Origin: Actinomycetota bacterium
GTDB taxonomy: Bacteria; Actinomycetota; UBA4738; HRBIN12
DNA: 64,000 bases
Assembly (NCBI GenBank): GCA_034667405.1
Contig: JAXDJX010000018.1
Span: forward strand, 213,065-277,064
Direction: 5' to 3'
Below are positions 35,818 to 45,067 of the stretch, one piece after another; positions within the stretch are counted from its first letter, which is position 1; every line of letters begins with the position of its first letter. The notes beneath the pieces were generated by a model. That model saw nothing but the letters and a program-made list of their open reading frames with translations. It did no database searches and was not told the origin of the DNA. Made by a program: the position numbers and the translations under genes.

Positions 35818-38039
35818 CCCGCTCGGGCCGCTCGACGCTGCTTCCGTTCCAGCTCATCATCGCCGCCCTGGGTGGCACGCTCTTCTCGTTCGCGTTCCCT
35901 CCCGTTGCACTCTGGCCGCTGGCGTTCGTCGCCGTGATCCCCTTGATGTGGGTGCTCCGCGAGGCTCGTCCGCTCCGGGGAGCCGCACTCGGCTTCGTCT
36001 ACGGGGCTGTGGGGTACGGCGTCACGCTCTCCTGGATCCATCGGTTCGGGACCGGTGCGTGGGTAGCGCTCACGGTGCTCTGCGCCCTGTCCACCGCGAC
36101 GGTCGGGCTGCTCTCGCCGCTCGTACTTCGCGCGGGGAGGCCGGTGCTGTCGGCCATCGGTTTCGCCGCGACGTGGACCGTTGTCGACTTCACCAGAGGT
36201 GCCTGGCCCTTCGGCGGATTCACCTGGGGGGCGCTCGGTGTCTCGCAAGTCGACAACCGGGCGACCGTTCGGTTGGCATCGGTCACCGGCGTCTGGGGAG
36301 TGACATTCGTCGTGGTCCTCGCCAACGGGCTGCTGCTCGCGTCCCTGACCGAACGCGGAGCGGGGTGGCGGCGCGGCGCTCGTCTCGGCTCGGCTGCTGC
36401 GGTTGCGCTTGTGCCGGTCCTGGTGCCGTTTTCCATGGCCACCGGCCCATCGGTCGACATCGCGGTCATCCAGACCGACGTGCGCGCCGCGGTAGGGGCG
36501 GGGGGCATCGCGGCCAGGGATGCGGCGGCGCAGCGAACGCTACGCGGTCGGCCGCCGGATCTCGTGGTGTGGGGTGAAGGTGCCGTCGACCCGGCCGCCC
36601 TCGCGGATCCTCACGTTGTGGGCGGCATCCGCGCTGCCATCGGTGAGGTGGGCGCCCCGACCGTGATCGGCGCGGTGATCGATGACCCGGACGGCTCGGA
36701 GCATACGAGCGCGCTGGCGTTTTCCGGGGACGGGCGGCTGGTGGACCGCTACGACAAGGTGCACCTGGTGCCCTACGGCGAGTACGTCCCCTTCCGGAAC
36801 GAACTGACCTGGGTACAGGCGCTGGAGCAGGTGCCGATCGACCGGACGCCGGGGGAGCGGGTCGGGACGCTATCGGTCCCCGGGCTCCCGACCTTCGGGA
36901 CACCGATCTGCTTCGAGAACAGCTTTCCCGGGATCCCGCGCGCCATGGTGGTGGCGGGCGCGGAGTTCATCGTCGTGCCGGTCAACAATGCGTCGTACGG
37001 CTTCAGCGCGGCCGGGGCGCAACATCTTCAGATGAGCCGCCTGCGTGCGGTCGAGGACGGCCGGTGGGTGGTGAACGCGGCGGTGTCGGGACCGAGCGCG
37101 TTCGTCGATCCGAGCGGCCGCGTGGTCGCAGAGGCCGGACTGTTCCGCACCGCTATCCTCAGAGCCACCATCCGGTCCTCGAGCGAACGCACGTGGTACG
37201 TCCGGCTGGGGGACTGGTTCCCCTGGTTCGCTCTGGCCTTGATGGGAGCGGTCACGCTGACGCCTCGCCGGCGACGAGGTGCACGCGGTCCCGTCACACC
37301 GCTCCCGGCCCACCCGCGAGTCTTGGTGATCCTTCCCACTTTCGGGGAAGCAGAGACCATCGGCACGGTCATCGGCCGTCTCCGATCACTGCCCGAGGCC
37401 CCCGATGTCATGGTGGTCGACGATTCCTCCCCGGACGGGACGGCAGACATCGCACGGGTCGCCGGTGAGCAGGATCCGGCGGTCACGGTGATGGTGCGTC
37501 CCACCAGAGCGGGCCTGGCGAGCGCCTACCTCGAAGGGTTCCAGCACGCCTTAGCCGAGGGCTACGACCTCATCGTGGAGATGGATGCCGATCTCTCCCA
37601 CGCTCCGGAGGAATTGCCGCTCCTACTCGCAGGGGCCGCGCAGCACGACCTCACGGTGGGCAGCCGCTATGTACCCGGCGGCTCGGTCACCAACTGGAGC
37701 AGCGCACGCGTCGGCCTCTCCCGTGGGGGAAACATCTACGTCCGATGGATGCTCGGGATCCCGCTCAAGGACGCCACGAGTGGCTACCGGGTGTATCGGC
37801 GAGAACTTCTGACGCGCTTGGTGGAGCAGCCGTTCGCCTCCAATGGGTACGGGTTCCAGATCGAACTCGTCATGCGTGCGTGGCGGATGGGCTACGACGT
37901 CGGCGAGGTTCCCATCACGTTCAGCGAACGCGTCTACGGGGAATCGAAGATCTCCCAGCGGATCGTGGCCGAGGCATTCTGGCTCGTGACCCGCTGGGGC
38001 GTCGGCTCCCGTGTTGGCCGCCGGCTTCCTGGCGACTAA
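35808..38039 (+). CDS. ppm1: Bifunctional apolipoprotein N-acyltransferase (Lnt, CN-hydrolase domain) / polyprenol-phosphate mannose synthase (Ppm1, GT2 domain)
   Basis: N-terminal multi-TM segment and a CN-hydrolase domain with catalytic-Cys context TPICFENSFPG. The C-terminal GT2 dolichol-P-mannose synthase domain has VLVILPTFGEAETIG ... VMVVDDSSPDGT. The two-domain fusion matches Mtb Rv2051c. TTG start at 35808 is assumed; the ORF opens at 35739 and overlaps the DUF4193 gene. Confidence 0.8.
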   Translation: MRLTRSGRSTLLPFQLIIAALGGTLFSFAFPPVALWPLAFVAVIPLMWVLREARPLRGAALGFVYGAVGYGVTLSWIHRFGTGAWVALTVLCALSTATVGLLSPLVLRAGRPVLSAIGFAATWTVVDFTRGAWPFGGFTWGALGVSQVDNRATVRLASVTGVWGVTFVVVLANGLLLASLTERGAGWRRGARLGSAAAVALVPVLVPFSMATGPSVDIAVIQTDVRAAVGAGGIAARDAAAQRTLRGRPPDLVVWGEGAVDPAALADPHVVGGIRAAIGEVGAPTVIGAVIDDPDGSEHTSALAFSGDGRLVDRYDKVHLVPYGEYVPFRNELTWVQALEQVPIDRTPGERVGTLSVPGLPTFGTPICFENSFPGIPRAMVVAGAEFIVVPVNNASYGFSAAGAQHLQMSRLRAVEDGRWVVNAAVSGPSAFVDPSGRVVAEAGLFRTAILRATIRSSSERTWYVRLGDWFPWFALALMGAVTLTPRRRRGARGPVTPLPAHPRVLVILPTFGEAETIGTVIGRLRSLPEAPDVMVVDDSSPDGTADIARVAGEQDPAVTVMVRPTRAGLASAYLEGFQHALAEGYDLIVEMDADLSHAPEELPLLLAGAAQHDLTVGSRYVPGGSVTNWSSARVGLSRGGNIYVRWMLGIPLKDATSGYRVYRRELLTRLVEQPFASNGYGFQIELVMRAWRMGYDVGEVPITFSERVYGESKISQRIVAEAFWLVTRWGVGSRVGRRLPGD

Positions 38040-38130
38040 TCCCCATAATGGTGATTATGGAACGTTAAGCCGAAAGTGAGGGGCACCGTTGTTCCCCCTG
38101 GGCCTGCCCCGTCCCCCCCTGTTCCGCGTC

Positions 38131-39612
38131 CTACCAGCGCAGTTTGAGCTGTCTGGCGGCGCGAGCCTCGTCCAAGCGGCGCACCGGGGTCGTCACCGGG
38201 GCTCGGCGAAGTACATCGGGATCTGCTCGTGCCTCTTCCGCGGCTTGATGGAGCGCGCCGGCGTAGCCCTCCAGGGTCGCCTTCGTTTCCGTCTCGGTGG
38301 GCTCGACCATCATGGCTTCCTCCACCACCAGCGGGAAATAGACGGTGGAGGGGTGGTAGCCGAGATCGATGAGCCGCTTGGCCACGTCCATGGCTCTGAC
38401 GCCCGTCCTGTCCTTGAGCGGCTTGGCCGTCGCGACGAATTCGTGCATCGGCCGGCCGGGGAACGCCGTGGGGAAGTCATCGCGCACCAGGGCCGCCAAG
38501 TAGTTGGCGTTCAACGAAGCGAGTTCGCTCACCGACTTCAACCCGTCGGCTCCATGGGCGAAGACGTAGGCGTAGGCCCGGACCAGGACACCGATGTTTC
38601 CGTTGTACCCGTGCAGCTTGCCGATGGAGCGGGGACGATCCCGGTCCCACCCGAACCCGGTGTCGGTCCGTGCCACCACGGGCGTGGGAAGGTACGGCTC
38701 CAAGCGTTCCACGACACCGACCGGACCCGCGCCCGGCCCTCCCCCGCCGTGAGGTGTGGCGAACGTCTTGTGGGTGTTTATGTGCACGATGTCGAAGCCC
38801 ATGTCGCCCGGCCGGCAATGTCCCATGATCGCGTTGAGGTTGGCGCCGTCGTAATAGACGAGGCCACCGACCCCGTGCACGAGTTCGGTGATGCGTTCGA
38901 TCTCCTCCTCGAACAAGCCCAGGGTGTTGGGATTGGTGAGCATCAACCCGGCTACCTGATCGTCCACGAGCTTCGCCAGCGCCTCCACGTCGACCAGGCC
39001 GCGAGCGTCCGACGGCACCCCCACCACATCGAACCCCGCCAGCCGAACGCTCGCCGGGTTCGTCCCGTGCGCGGAATCCGGGATGAGGACCTTGGTTCGG
39101 CCGCCTCCGTGATCGGCGTGATAGGCACGCATCATCAGCAGCCCGGTCATTTCGCCGCAGGCACCCGCCGGAGGCTGCAGCGTCGCACGCGCCATGCCGG
39201 TGAGCGCACAGAGCGCTCGTTCCAGACGCCACAACACCTCGAGAGTCCCCTGCACGGTGCCATCTGGTTGCAGTGGATGGGTGCGCCGGAAGCCAGGCAA
39301 GGCTGCGATCTCCTCGGCGACCTTCGGGTTGTACTTCATCGTGCAGGACCCAAGCGGGTAGAAGCCGGTGTCCAGTCCGTAATTCCGCTGCGACAGGCCC
39401 GTGTAGTGGCGGACGAGGTCGATCTCGGATACCTCGGGCAGCCGGGGGGAACCGGCGCGGGTGAAGGCCGTCGGCACGGGTGCGCTCGGCACCTCCAAGC
39501 GTGCGAAGCTCGACGCGCGCCTGCCCGGCACCGACCGCGACATGATGGTGCCGGTGCTTGCCTCCGCGCCCTGCGTGCGGATGGGTGCGCCGGTTACGGG
39601 GCCCCCGGTCAT
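38131..39612 (-). CDS. gcvPB: Glycine dehydrogenase (decarboxylating) subunit 2 (P-protein C-terminal half)
   Basis: PLP-lysine context HINTHKTFATPHGGGGPG and the LGSCTMKYNP segment. The ATG overlaps the gcvPA stop (ATGA). Confidence 0.9.
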   Translation of the reverse strand: MTGGPVTGAPIRTQGAEASTGTIMSRSVPGRRASSFARLEVPSAPVPTAFTRAGSPRLPEVSEIDLVRHYTGLSQRNYGLDTGFYPLGSCTMKYNPKVAEEIAALPGFRRTHPLQPDGTVQGTLEVLWRLERALCALTGMARATLQPPAGACGEMTGLLMMRAYHADHGGGRTKVLIPDSAHGTNPASVRLAGFDVVGVPSDARGLVDVEALAKLVDDQVAGLMLTNPNTLGLFEEEIERITELVHGVGGLVYYDGANLNAIMGHCRPGDMGFDIVHINTHKTFATPHGGGGPGAGPVGVVERLEPYLPTPVVARTDTGFGWDRDRPRSIGKLHGYNGNIGVLVRAYAYVFAHGADGLKSVSELASLNANYLAALVRDDFPTAFPGRPMHEFVATAKPLKDRTGVRAMDVAKRLIDLGYHPSTVYFPLVVEEAMMVEPTETETKATLEGYAGALHQAAEEARADPDVLRRAPVTTPVRRLDEARAARQLKLRW

Positions 39613-40922
39613 GGCCCCACCAATGCGTCCTGCATGGCAGCCGCGAACGCGTCGATCTCCGAGCGCGTCCGACGTTCTGTCACCGCCACGAGCAACACCT
39701 CCTCATCCGACAGCGCCATCGGAACGCCCGCCAGGAAGCCGCGCTCGACCAAGGCGTCGATGACTCCTCTCGGGTCCCGGGGCAGCCGGAGCGCGAACTC
39801 CTTGAAGAACGGCTTGTCGGGCAGGGCAAGTGTCACCCCAGGGATCGAGGTGAGCTGCGCCGCTGCGTAGGCCGCCCGCGAGGAGCACTGGTGTCCCAGC
39901 TCCTGCAAGCCGGAAGGTCCGAGCCACCCCAGATAGATGGTGGCGGCGATGGCCATGAGGGTTTGGTTCGTGCAGATGTTCGAGTTCGCCTTCTCGCGGC
40001 GGATGTGCTGTTCACGGGCTTGGAGCGTCAGGACGTAACCGGGCGTCCCTTCTACGTCGACCGTCTCCCCCACGATCCGTCCGGGCATCCGTCGGACATC
40101 GTCCATGCGCGCGGCGATGAGACCGAGGTACGGGCCGCCGTAGTTGAGGAAGTTGCCCAGCGGCTGCCCTTCGGCGACCGCGATGTCGGCACCCAACTCC
40201 CCCGGCGGTGCAAGGACGCCCAGAGACATGGGGTCGAAGACCTGGATGGCACGGGCGCCGCCATCGTGTGCGGCACCGAAGTGCTCCCTCACTGGTTCCA
40301 GGACGCCGTAGACGTTCGGGTGCGCGACGACGACACACGCTACGTCGGGGGTGACATCGGGATGAGAGCCGGCGTACACCTCCAGCCGGAACCCCTCTCC
40401 CCTGCCGTAGGATCGCAGCGTATCGACCATGCGTGGATCCACGCCGTCGGATACCAGGACCCGGGTTCGGCCCGCACCGACCGCCATGTGCACCGCTTCG
40501 ACGAGGGCGGTCGCTCCGTCGTAGAGCGAAGCATTGGAAACCTCAAGACCGGTGAGTTCGCAGATCAGCGACTGGAATTCGAACAGGACCTGAAGGATGC
40601 CCTGAGAGAGCTCGGGCTGATACGGCGTATAGGAGGTATAGAACTCTGAGCGTCCGGCCAGCGCCCAAACCAGCGACGGGATGTAGTGGTCGTAGGCGCC
40701 TCCCCCGGCGAAGCAGATCAGTTCGTCCAAATCGCGGTTCTTCACGGAGTGTGCGCGGAGGTCGGCGACGATCTCCATCTCGGAGATCCCGTCAGCGATG
40801 TCCAGCGGCTTTTGAAGACGCACATCGACGGGGATCTGATCGAAGAGCTCGTCCAGCGATGTCGCCCCGATAGCCGAGAGCATCTCGACGATCTCGTCTT
40901 CGGTGTGGGGGGCGAAGTTCAC
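39609..40922 (-). CDS. gcvPA: Glycine dehydrogenase (decarboxylating) subunit 1 (P-protein N-terminal half)
   Basis: FLGGGAYDHYIPS, YTPYQPELSQG and GLEVSNASLYDGATA signatures. Confidence 0.9.
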   Translation of the reverse strand: MNFAPHTEDEIVEMLSAIGATSLDELFDQIPVDVRLQKPLDIADGISEMEIVADLRAHSVKNRDLDELICFAGGGAYDHYIPSLVWALAGRSEFYTSYTPYQPELSQGILQVLFEFQSLICELTGLEVSNASLYDGATALVEAVHMAVGAGRTRVLVSDGVDPRMVDTLRSYGRGEGFRLEVYAGSHPDVTPDVACVVVAHPNVYGVLEPVREHFGAAHDGGARAIQVFDPMSLGVLAPPGELGADIAVAEGQPLGNFLNYGGPYLGLIAARMDDVRRMPGRIVGETVDVEGTPGYVLTLQAREQHIRREKANSNICTNQTLMAIAATIYLGWLGPSGLQELGHQCSSRAAYAAAQLTSIPGVTLALPDKPFFKEFALRLPRDPRGVIDALVERGFLAGVPMALSDEEVLLVAVTERRTRSEIDAFAAAMQDALVGP

Positions 40923-40961
40923 GTCCGTCAGTCTACGAGCGGTCTCCGTGATGACCCTTGG

Positions 40962-41330
40962 TCAACCCGACGCATCCTCGAGCCCGTACTTGGTCACCAA
41001 GGACAGATAGTCCCGCTGATAGAAGACCTTGCATCTGACCTCGGGGTAGCGCTCCCGCAGCAGGCGCACCTTGCGATTCTTCTTCGTGACCAGTTTCTGG
41101 TTCAGGGTGGTGATCTCTATGAAGAGGTCGAAGTCGGGGAGATAGAAGTCCGGGGTGAACCGACGCGTGACCACACCCTCTTGATCCCATTCGATATCGA
41201 ACGACGTGGGTTCGTACGTCCACCGGATGCCGTAGAAATCCAGAAGCTGGGCGAACTGCCGCTCGGATGCGTGGGCGAAGCCGGTGGAGTCGCTCTGGAG
41301 CGGTTCGAACGCTGCCTGGTTCGGACTCAC
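40962..41330 (-). CDS. Hypothetical protein (~123 aa) translationally coupled to the upstream MerR-family gene
   Basis: GTG start follows a GGAGG RBS and overlaps the MerR gene stop (GTGA). No recognised domain. The longer 242-aa ORF has a low-complexity Arg/Pro-rich N-terminus that looks non-coding. Confidence 0.45.
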   Translation of the reverse strand: MSPNQAAFEPLQSDSTGFAHASERQFAQLLDFYGIRWTYEPTSFDIEWDQEGVVTRRFTPDFYLPDFDLFIEITTLNQKLVTKKNRKVRLLRERYPEVRCKVFYQRDYLSLVTKYGLEDASG

Positions 41331-41761
41331 GAGCCTCCGACAGCGGTTGCACCCCGGCGTTTGGCCACGCGTCCCTCGAGGTCTGTCCACACGCCGTCCA
41401 GAGCGATGGCGAACACCCCTTGGCCCTTGTTCAGCAGGTCGATGACGGCTTCGGGCGAATGTGCCTCGTAGATGCCCTCCCCGTCGGACATGAGCGTGAC
41501 GCCGTGTGGGCGCCGCTTCATGGTCTGCAGGTACGCGACGGCTTTGCGGACGCGCTGGAGCGATACGCCGGTGTCCAGCAGGCTCTTGATGACCCGGAGA
41601 GTGACCAGATCCTGGAACGAGTACAGGCGCTGGGATCCGGAGCCTCGCGCATCCTTCACCGATGGCGTAACCAGGTCGGTCCGGGCCCAATAGTCCAACT
41701 GGCGATAGGTGATGCCGACGATCTTGCAGACGTCGGGAACCCGGTAGCCCTCTTCGGTCAT
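41327..41761 (-). CDS. MerR-family transcriptional regulator
   Basis: N-terminal HTH (YRVPDVCKIVGITYRQLDYWARTDLV), 144 aa. Its position upstream of gcvP parallels Mtb Rv1830. Confidence 0.75.
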   Translation of the reverse strand: MTEEGYRVPDVCKIVGITYRQLDYWARTDLVTPSVKDARGSGSQRLYSFQDLVTLRVIKSLLDTGVSLQRVRKAVAYLQTMKRRPHGVTLMSDGEGIYEAHSPEAVIDLLNKGQGVFAIALDGVWTDLEGRVAKRRGATAVGGS

Positions 41762-42004
41762 AACAACCCCGTAATCACGTCGATGTGTTTCGGCAGCGTA
41801 GGGGCTGCGTCCGTGCGTGTCAACGGCGGGACGCAGAGTTGGACTTCCGTGGCCTCAAGTTTGGGGGGGTCGCGTGCCGACATATGACTAGCTAGGAAGA
41901 ACTAGGTTTCCCGACAAGGGCAAACCGGCGGGAACGCCGGGACGCAAAGCTCCGGGTCCCACCGCCCGCGGGGCGAGGACGGCCGAGTCACCGAAGGAGT
42001 ACCG

Positions 42005-42472
42005 ATGCGACGACTACGTATATCGATCGTGGGGATGAGCGTGATCCTCGCCACGACCTCCCTGCTGGGTGCCGCAACTCCCGCCGCGCTCGCGAATACC
42101 CGGCAGCAGGATGTCAGTCGGCATCAGGTCCTCAAGGCGACGAACGGCTCGCGCGTGAACCATCACCGGGGACGGTTGAGTATCAACGCTCGGATGTCCG
42201 CACTCGCAGAGCACCACAGCGAAGAGATGGCCAACCGCGGTTCCCTCTTCCACACCTCGAACGTCGGGAAGTATCTGCACGGGGTGTCGTGGCACGCCTG
42301 GGGGGAGAACGTCGGCTACACGCAGAAAGGGGCCGTGAGCGAGCTGCAGAAGGCGTTCATGCGCAGCCCCGTGCACCGGGAGAACATCTTGAACGGCACC
42401 TTCAAGCACGTGGCGATCGGGACCGCCACACGAGGCGGCACCCTGTGGGTCACGGTGTTCTTCTACGGATAA
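42005..42472 (+). CDS. Secreted CAP/SCP/PR-1-like domain protein
   Basis: Signal peptide followed by CAP-domain signatures (HSEEMANRGSLFH, GENVGY, HRENILNGTFKHVAIG). Confidence 0.7.
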   Translation: MRRLRISIVGMSVILATTSLLGAATPAALANTRQQDVSRHQVLKATNGSRVNHHRGRLSINARMSALAEHHSEEMANRGSLFHTSNVGKYLHGVSWHAWGENVGYTQKGAVSELQKAFMRSPVHRENILNGTFKHVAIGTATRGGTLWVTVFFYG

Positions 42473-42551
42473 CCGACAGGGTCCAGCGGAGACATGCGGG
42501 CGGACGAGCGACCGAGGGGGACGCTCGCCCGCCCTTCCGCTGTCTGTGCCC

Positions 42552-43025
42552 CTAACCGGCGAAGTCTTCCGGGCTGACGTTATCCAGGAACTCGCGGAAC
42601 TTCTCGACCTCTTCGTCCTCGTCCCCCGGGATCAGGATCGATGCCTCCTCCAGCACGCTTTCATCGGCGAAGATCGGGATCGCCATCCGCACGGCGAGTG
42701 CGATGGCGTCGGAGGGGCGCGAGGAGATCTCATAACTGTCGCCGTTGCGTTGCAATTGGATCGAGGCGAAGAACGTGCTGTCGCGGAGTTCCGTCACCAC
42801 GATCCGATGGACGTTCACCTGGAGGTCTTCGAGGATGTTCTGCATGAGATCGTGGGTCATCGGCCGAGGGGTGACCACACCCTGGAGACTCAACGCGATC
42901 GCAGCCGCTTCCGCTGCCCCGATCCAGATAGGGAGGTAACGCTCACCGCCGCGTTCGCGCAGGAGGACGATCGGTTGGTTCGTCGGTAGTTCTACCCGAA
43001 CGCCGGTGATCTCCATCTCGATCAT
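42552..43025 (-). CDS. Bifunctional nuclease-family protein (DUF151; Rv1829-like)
   Basis: The core MEITGVRVELPTNQPIVLLRE...YLPIWIG...MTHDLM matches the DUF151/BFN pattern. An internal Met start is chosen; the longer ORF has an Arg/Pro-rich low-complexity N-terminus. Confidence 0.65.
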   Translation of the reverse strand: MIEMEITGVRVELPTNQPIVLLRERGGERYLPIWIGAAEAAAIALSLQGVVTPRPMTHDLMQNILEDLQVNVHRIVVTELRDSTFFASIQLQRNGDSYEISSRPSDAIALAVRMAIPIFADESVLEEASILIPGDEDEEVEKFREFLDNVSPEDFAG

Positions 43026-43063
43026 CTCCAGCCAGGGTAGCCGCGCCCCCGCAGGTGGGCAAC

Positions 43064-43636
43064 CTAGATGCGGATGTGCGACCCATCCAACAGGGTCGGG
43101 TCGCTCTTGAGTTGCTCCATGTCGTCGACGGCGAGGATGTCCGGCAGATTCCGGAACCGGTCTCGGAAGTCCATCCCGTAACCGATGACGAATCGGTCGG
43201 GACAGTCGAATCCCACGTAGCGAGGTTCCAAGGGCGCGATCCGTCGAACGGATCGGTCGAGCAACGTGCACACCTGCACGGAGGCGGCTCCCCGACCCTT
43301 GAGGACCGATAAGAGGTACGACACGGTCAACCCGGTGTCGACGATGTCCTCGACCAGGATCACGTCGCGGCCCATCAGGTCGACGTCGATGTCCAAGAGA
43401 ACACGCACCCTTCCGAGCGATGCCTCCGAGGTGCCGTAGCGGGTGATCGCAAGGAAGTGGGTCTGGAGGGGAAGGTCGACCGCCCGGACGAGGTCGGCGA
43501 GGAACATCGCACCGCCCCGCAGGACCGTGACGAACACGGGCTCCCGCCCCACGTAGTCCCCGGTGATCGTGCGGCCGAGTTCCTGCACTCGGCGACGGAT
43601 GTCCTCGCGCCCGAAGAGCACGCTCGCGATCTCCAT
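43064..43636 (-). CDS. hpt: Hypoxanthine phosphoribosyltransferase
   Basis: PRPP-binding motif VILVEDIVDTGLT and flexible-loop context FLAITRYG, 190 aa. Confidence 0.85.
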   Translation of the reverse strand: MEIASVLFGREDIRRRVQELGRTITGDYVGREPVFVTVLRGGAMFLADLVRAVDLPLQTHFLAITRYGTSEASLGRVRVLLDIDVDLMGRDVILVEDIVDTGLTVSYLLSVLKGRGAASVQVCTLLDRSVRRIAPLEPRYVGFDCPDRFVIGYGMDFRDRFRNLPDILAVDDMEQLKSDPTLLDGSHIRI

Positions 43637-43691
43637 CGGCGCGAGCGTAGCAGCCCCGGCCGACGCCCCGCGGATCCGACGGCGAGTGTGG

Positions 43692-44444
43692 TCAGGCCGT
43701 CATGCCGGAGCGGATGTTGGTTCGAAGGAGCGCTTGCTTGAACTTCCGTGACGTCACGGTGAGCTCCGCGAGTGTGTCCGACGCAGCCCGTCTGGCATCG
43801 GGGTTCTTCTGTCGCATCATCGGCGCGACGATCTGTTCGAAGAAGGAGGCCTCCCGCTCTTCGAAGTGCTTGTACATCGTGAGGTGACGGGGCTCGATGC
43901 CGTAGCGGAAGAAGTCCTTGACGATGGACAGCACGATGTAATCGTCGCCGTCGTAGTACCGAGCTCCCTCCGGACCGTGCGAACACACGATCCCGAACGA
44001 CTCCAATTCCTTGATCCGATCGCGGTCCACTCCCGTGGCGGCCGCCATCTCCTCCAGGGACATCTGAAGGCCCGTCGGGGCATCCGCGATCTCCTCCGAG
44101 GCTGCGGCCTTCGTCGCTGCGGCGGCCTCTGCCCGTCCCGCGGCTGCCACTCCCCCGTCGTCATCGGCTGCGGCGGCTTCGTCCTCCGCCGCCTGCTGGA
44201 GAAGGCGTTCCTTGATGACCTTCAGGGGTAGGTATTCATCGCGCTGCATCCGCAGGATCGATCTCAGCATGTCGACGTCCTGCCCGTAGAACTTGCGATA
44301 CCCCGACGGTGTGCGCTCGGGTTCGATGAGCCCTTCGGCTTCGAGGAACCTGATCTTGGAGATCGTGATGTCGGGGAACTCGGTCTTCACGGAGACCAGA
44401 ACCTCGCCGATCGATTGATAGTTCCGCGTGCCCGCCATCATCAC
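43692..44444 (-). CDS. MerR-family transcriptional regulator (Rv1828-like)
   Basis: N-terminal HTH (YQSIGEVLVSVKTEFPDITISKIRFLEAEGLI). The C-terminal half is similar to the Rv1828 family and the gene sits adjacent to an FHA-domain gene, as in Mtb. Confidence 0.75.
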   Translation of the reverse strand: MMMAGTRNYQSIGEVLVSVKTEFPDITISKIRFLEAEGLIEPERTPSGYRKFYGQDVDMLRSILRMQRDEYLPLKVIKERLLQQAAEDEAAAADDDGGVAAAGRAEAAAATKAAASEEIADAPTGLQMSLEEMAAATGVDRDRIKELESFGIVCSHGPEGARYYDGDDYIVLSIVKDFFRYGIEPRHLTMYKHFEEREASFFEQIVAPMMRQKNPDARRAASDTLAELTVTSRKFKQALLRTNIRSGMTA

Positions 44445-44899
44445 TCCCCTGCCGAGAAGAACACGAGTTTGAAGAGTCCGACTTGGATCTCGTCGTGATC
44501 GGCGAGCGCCGTTTCGTCGGCTTGTTCTGCGTTGACGTACGTTCCGTTCAGGCTGCCGGCATCTTTCACGAACCAGGCTCCCGAACGTCGCTCGACGAAC
44601 GCGTGCTTGCGCGACACGGTCACGTCGTCGAGGAAGACTTCGCTCCCGGGATCGCGCCCGATCGCCGTCGAGTCTGCATCCAGGAGGAACGTCGAGCCCG
44701 CATTCGGTCCACGCTTCACTAGAAGGAGCGCTTGACCGGGCTCGAGTTCATCGTTGGGGAAGGGGAACTCATCCTGGAGCTCATCGTCGGTTTCGACCGG
44801 GTTCAGCGTGAGCGTAGGGTCACCCTTCAGCGCACGGCCGCAGCGCATGCAGAACAGCGCGTCGGCCGGGTTGGACTGTCCACAATGGGTGCACTGCAT
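44441..44899 (-). CDS. FHA-domain protein with N-terminal zinc ribbon (in the GarA position)
   Basis: N-terminal CxxC...CxxC (MQCTHCGQ...CMRCG) followed by an FHA domain (GRDPGSEVFLDDVTVSRKHAFV...NGTYVN). Confidence 0.75.
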   Translation of the reverse strand: MQCTHCGQSNPADALFCMRCGRALKGDPTLTLNPVETDDELQDEFPFPNDELEPGQALLLVKRGPNAGSTFLLDADSTAIGRDPGSEVFLDDVTVSRKHAFVERRSGAWFVKDAGSLNGTYVNAEQADETALADHDEIQVGLFKLVFFSAGE

Positions 44900-45067
44900 C
44901 GTCGAGACTCCCTAGATGCGGCTCTCTAGCCGACGGTACTGGTTGTTCGGTGACCGTCACCCTCGAGGGTCAAGTGACCCTATCGTGGCCGGTGAGAAGG
45001 GTCAACCGAGCCGCGAAGCGAGTCTCGACCCTGGGTCGGCATAAGGCTCAACCTTGACTATGAGGGG

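Noticed and set aside
38089-39870. 593-aa plus-strand ORF across gcvPB/gcvPA
   Set aside because: It is antisense to the glycine dehydrogenase subunits, which have PLP-site and GcvP signatures, and has no motifs of its own.
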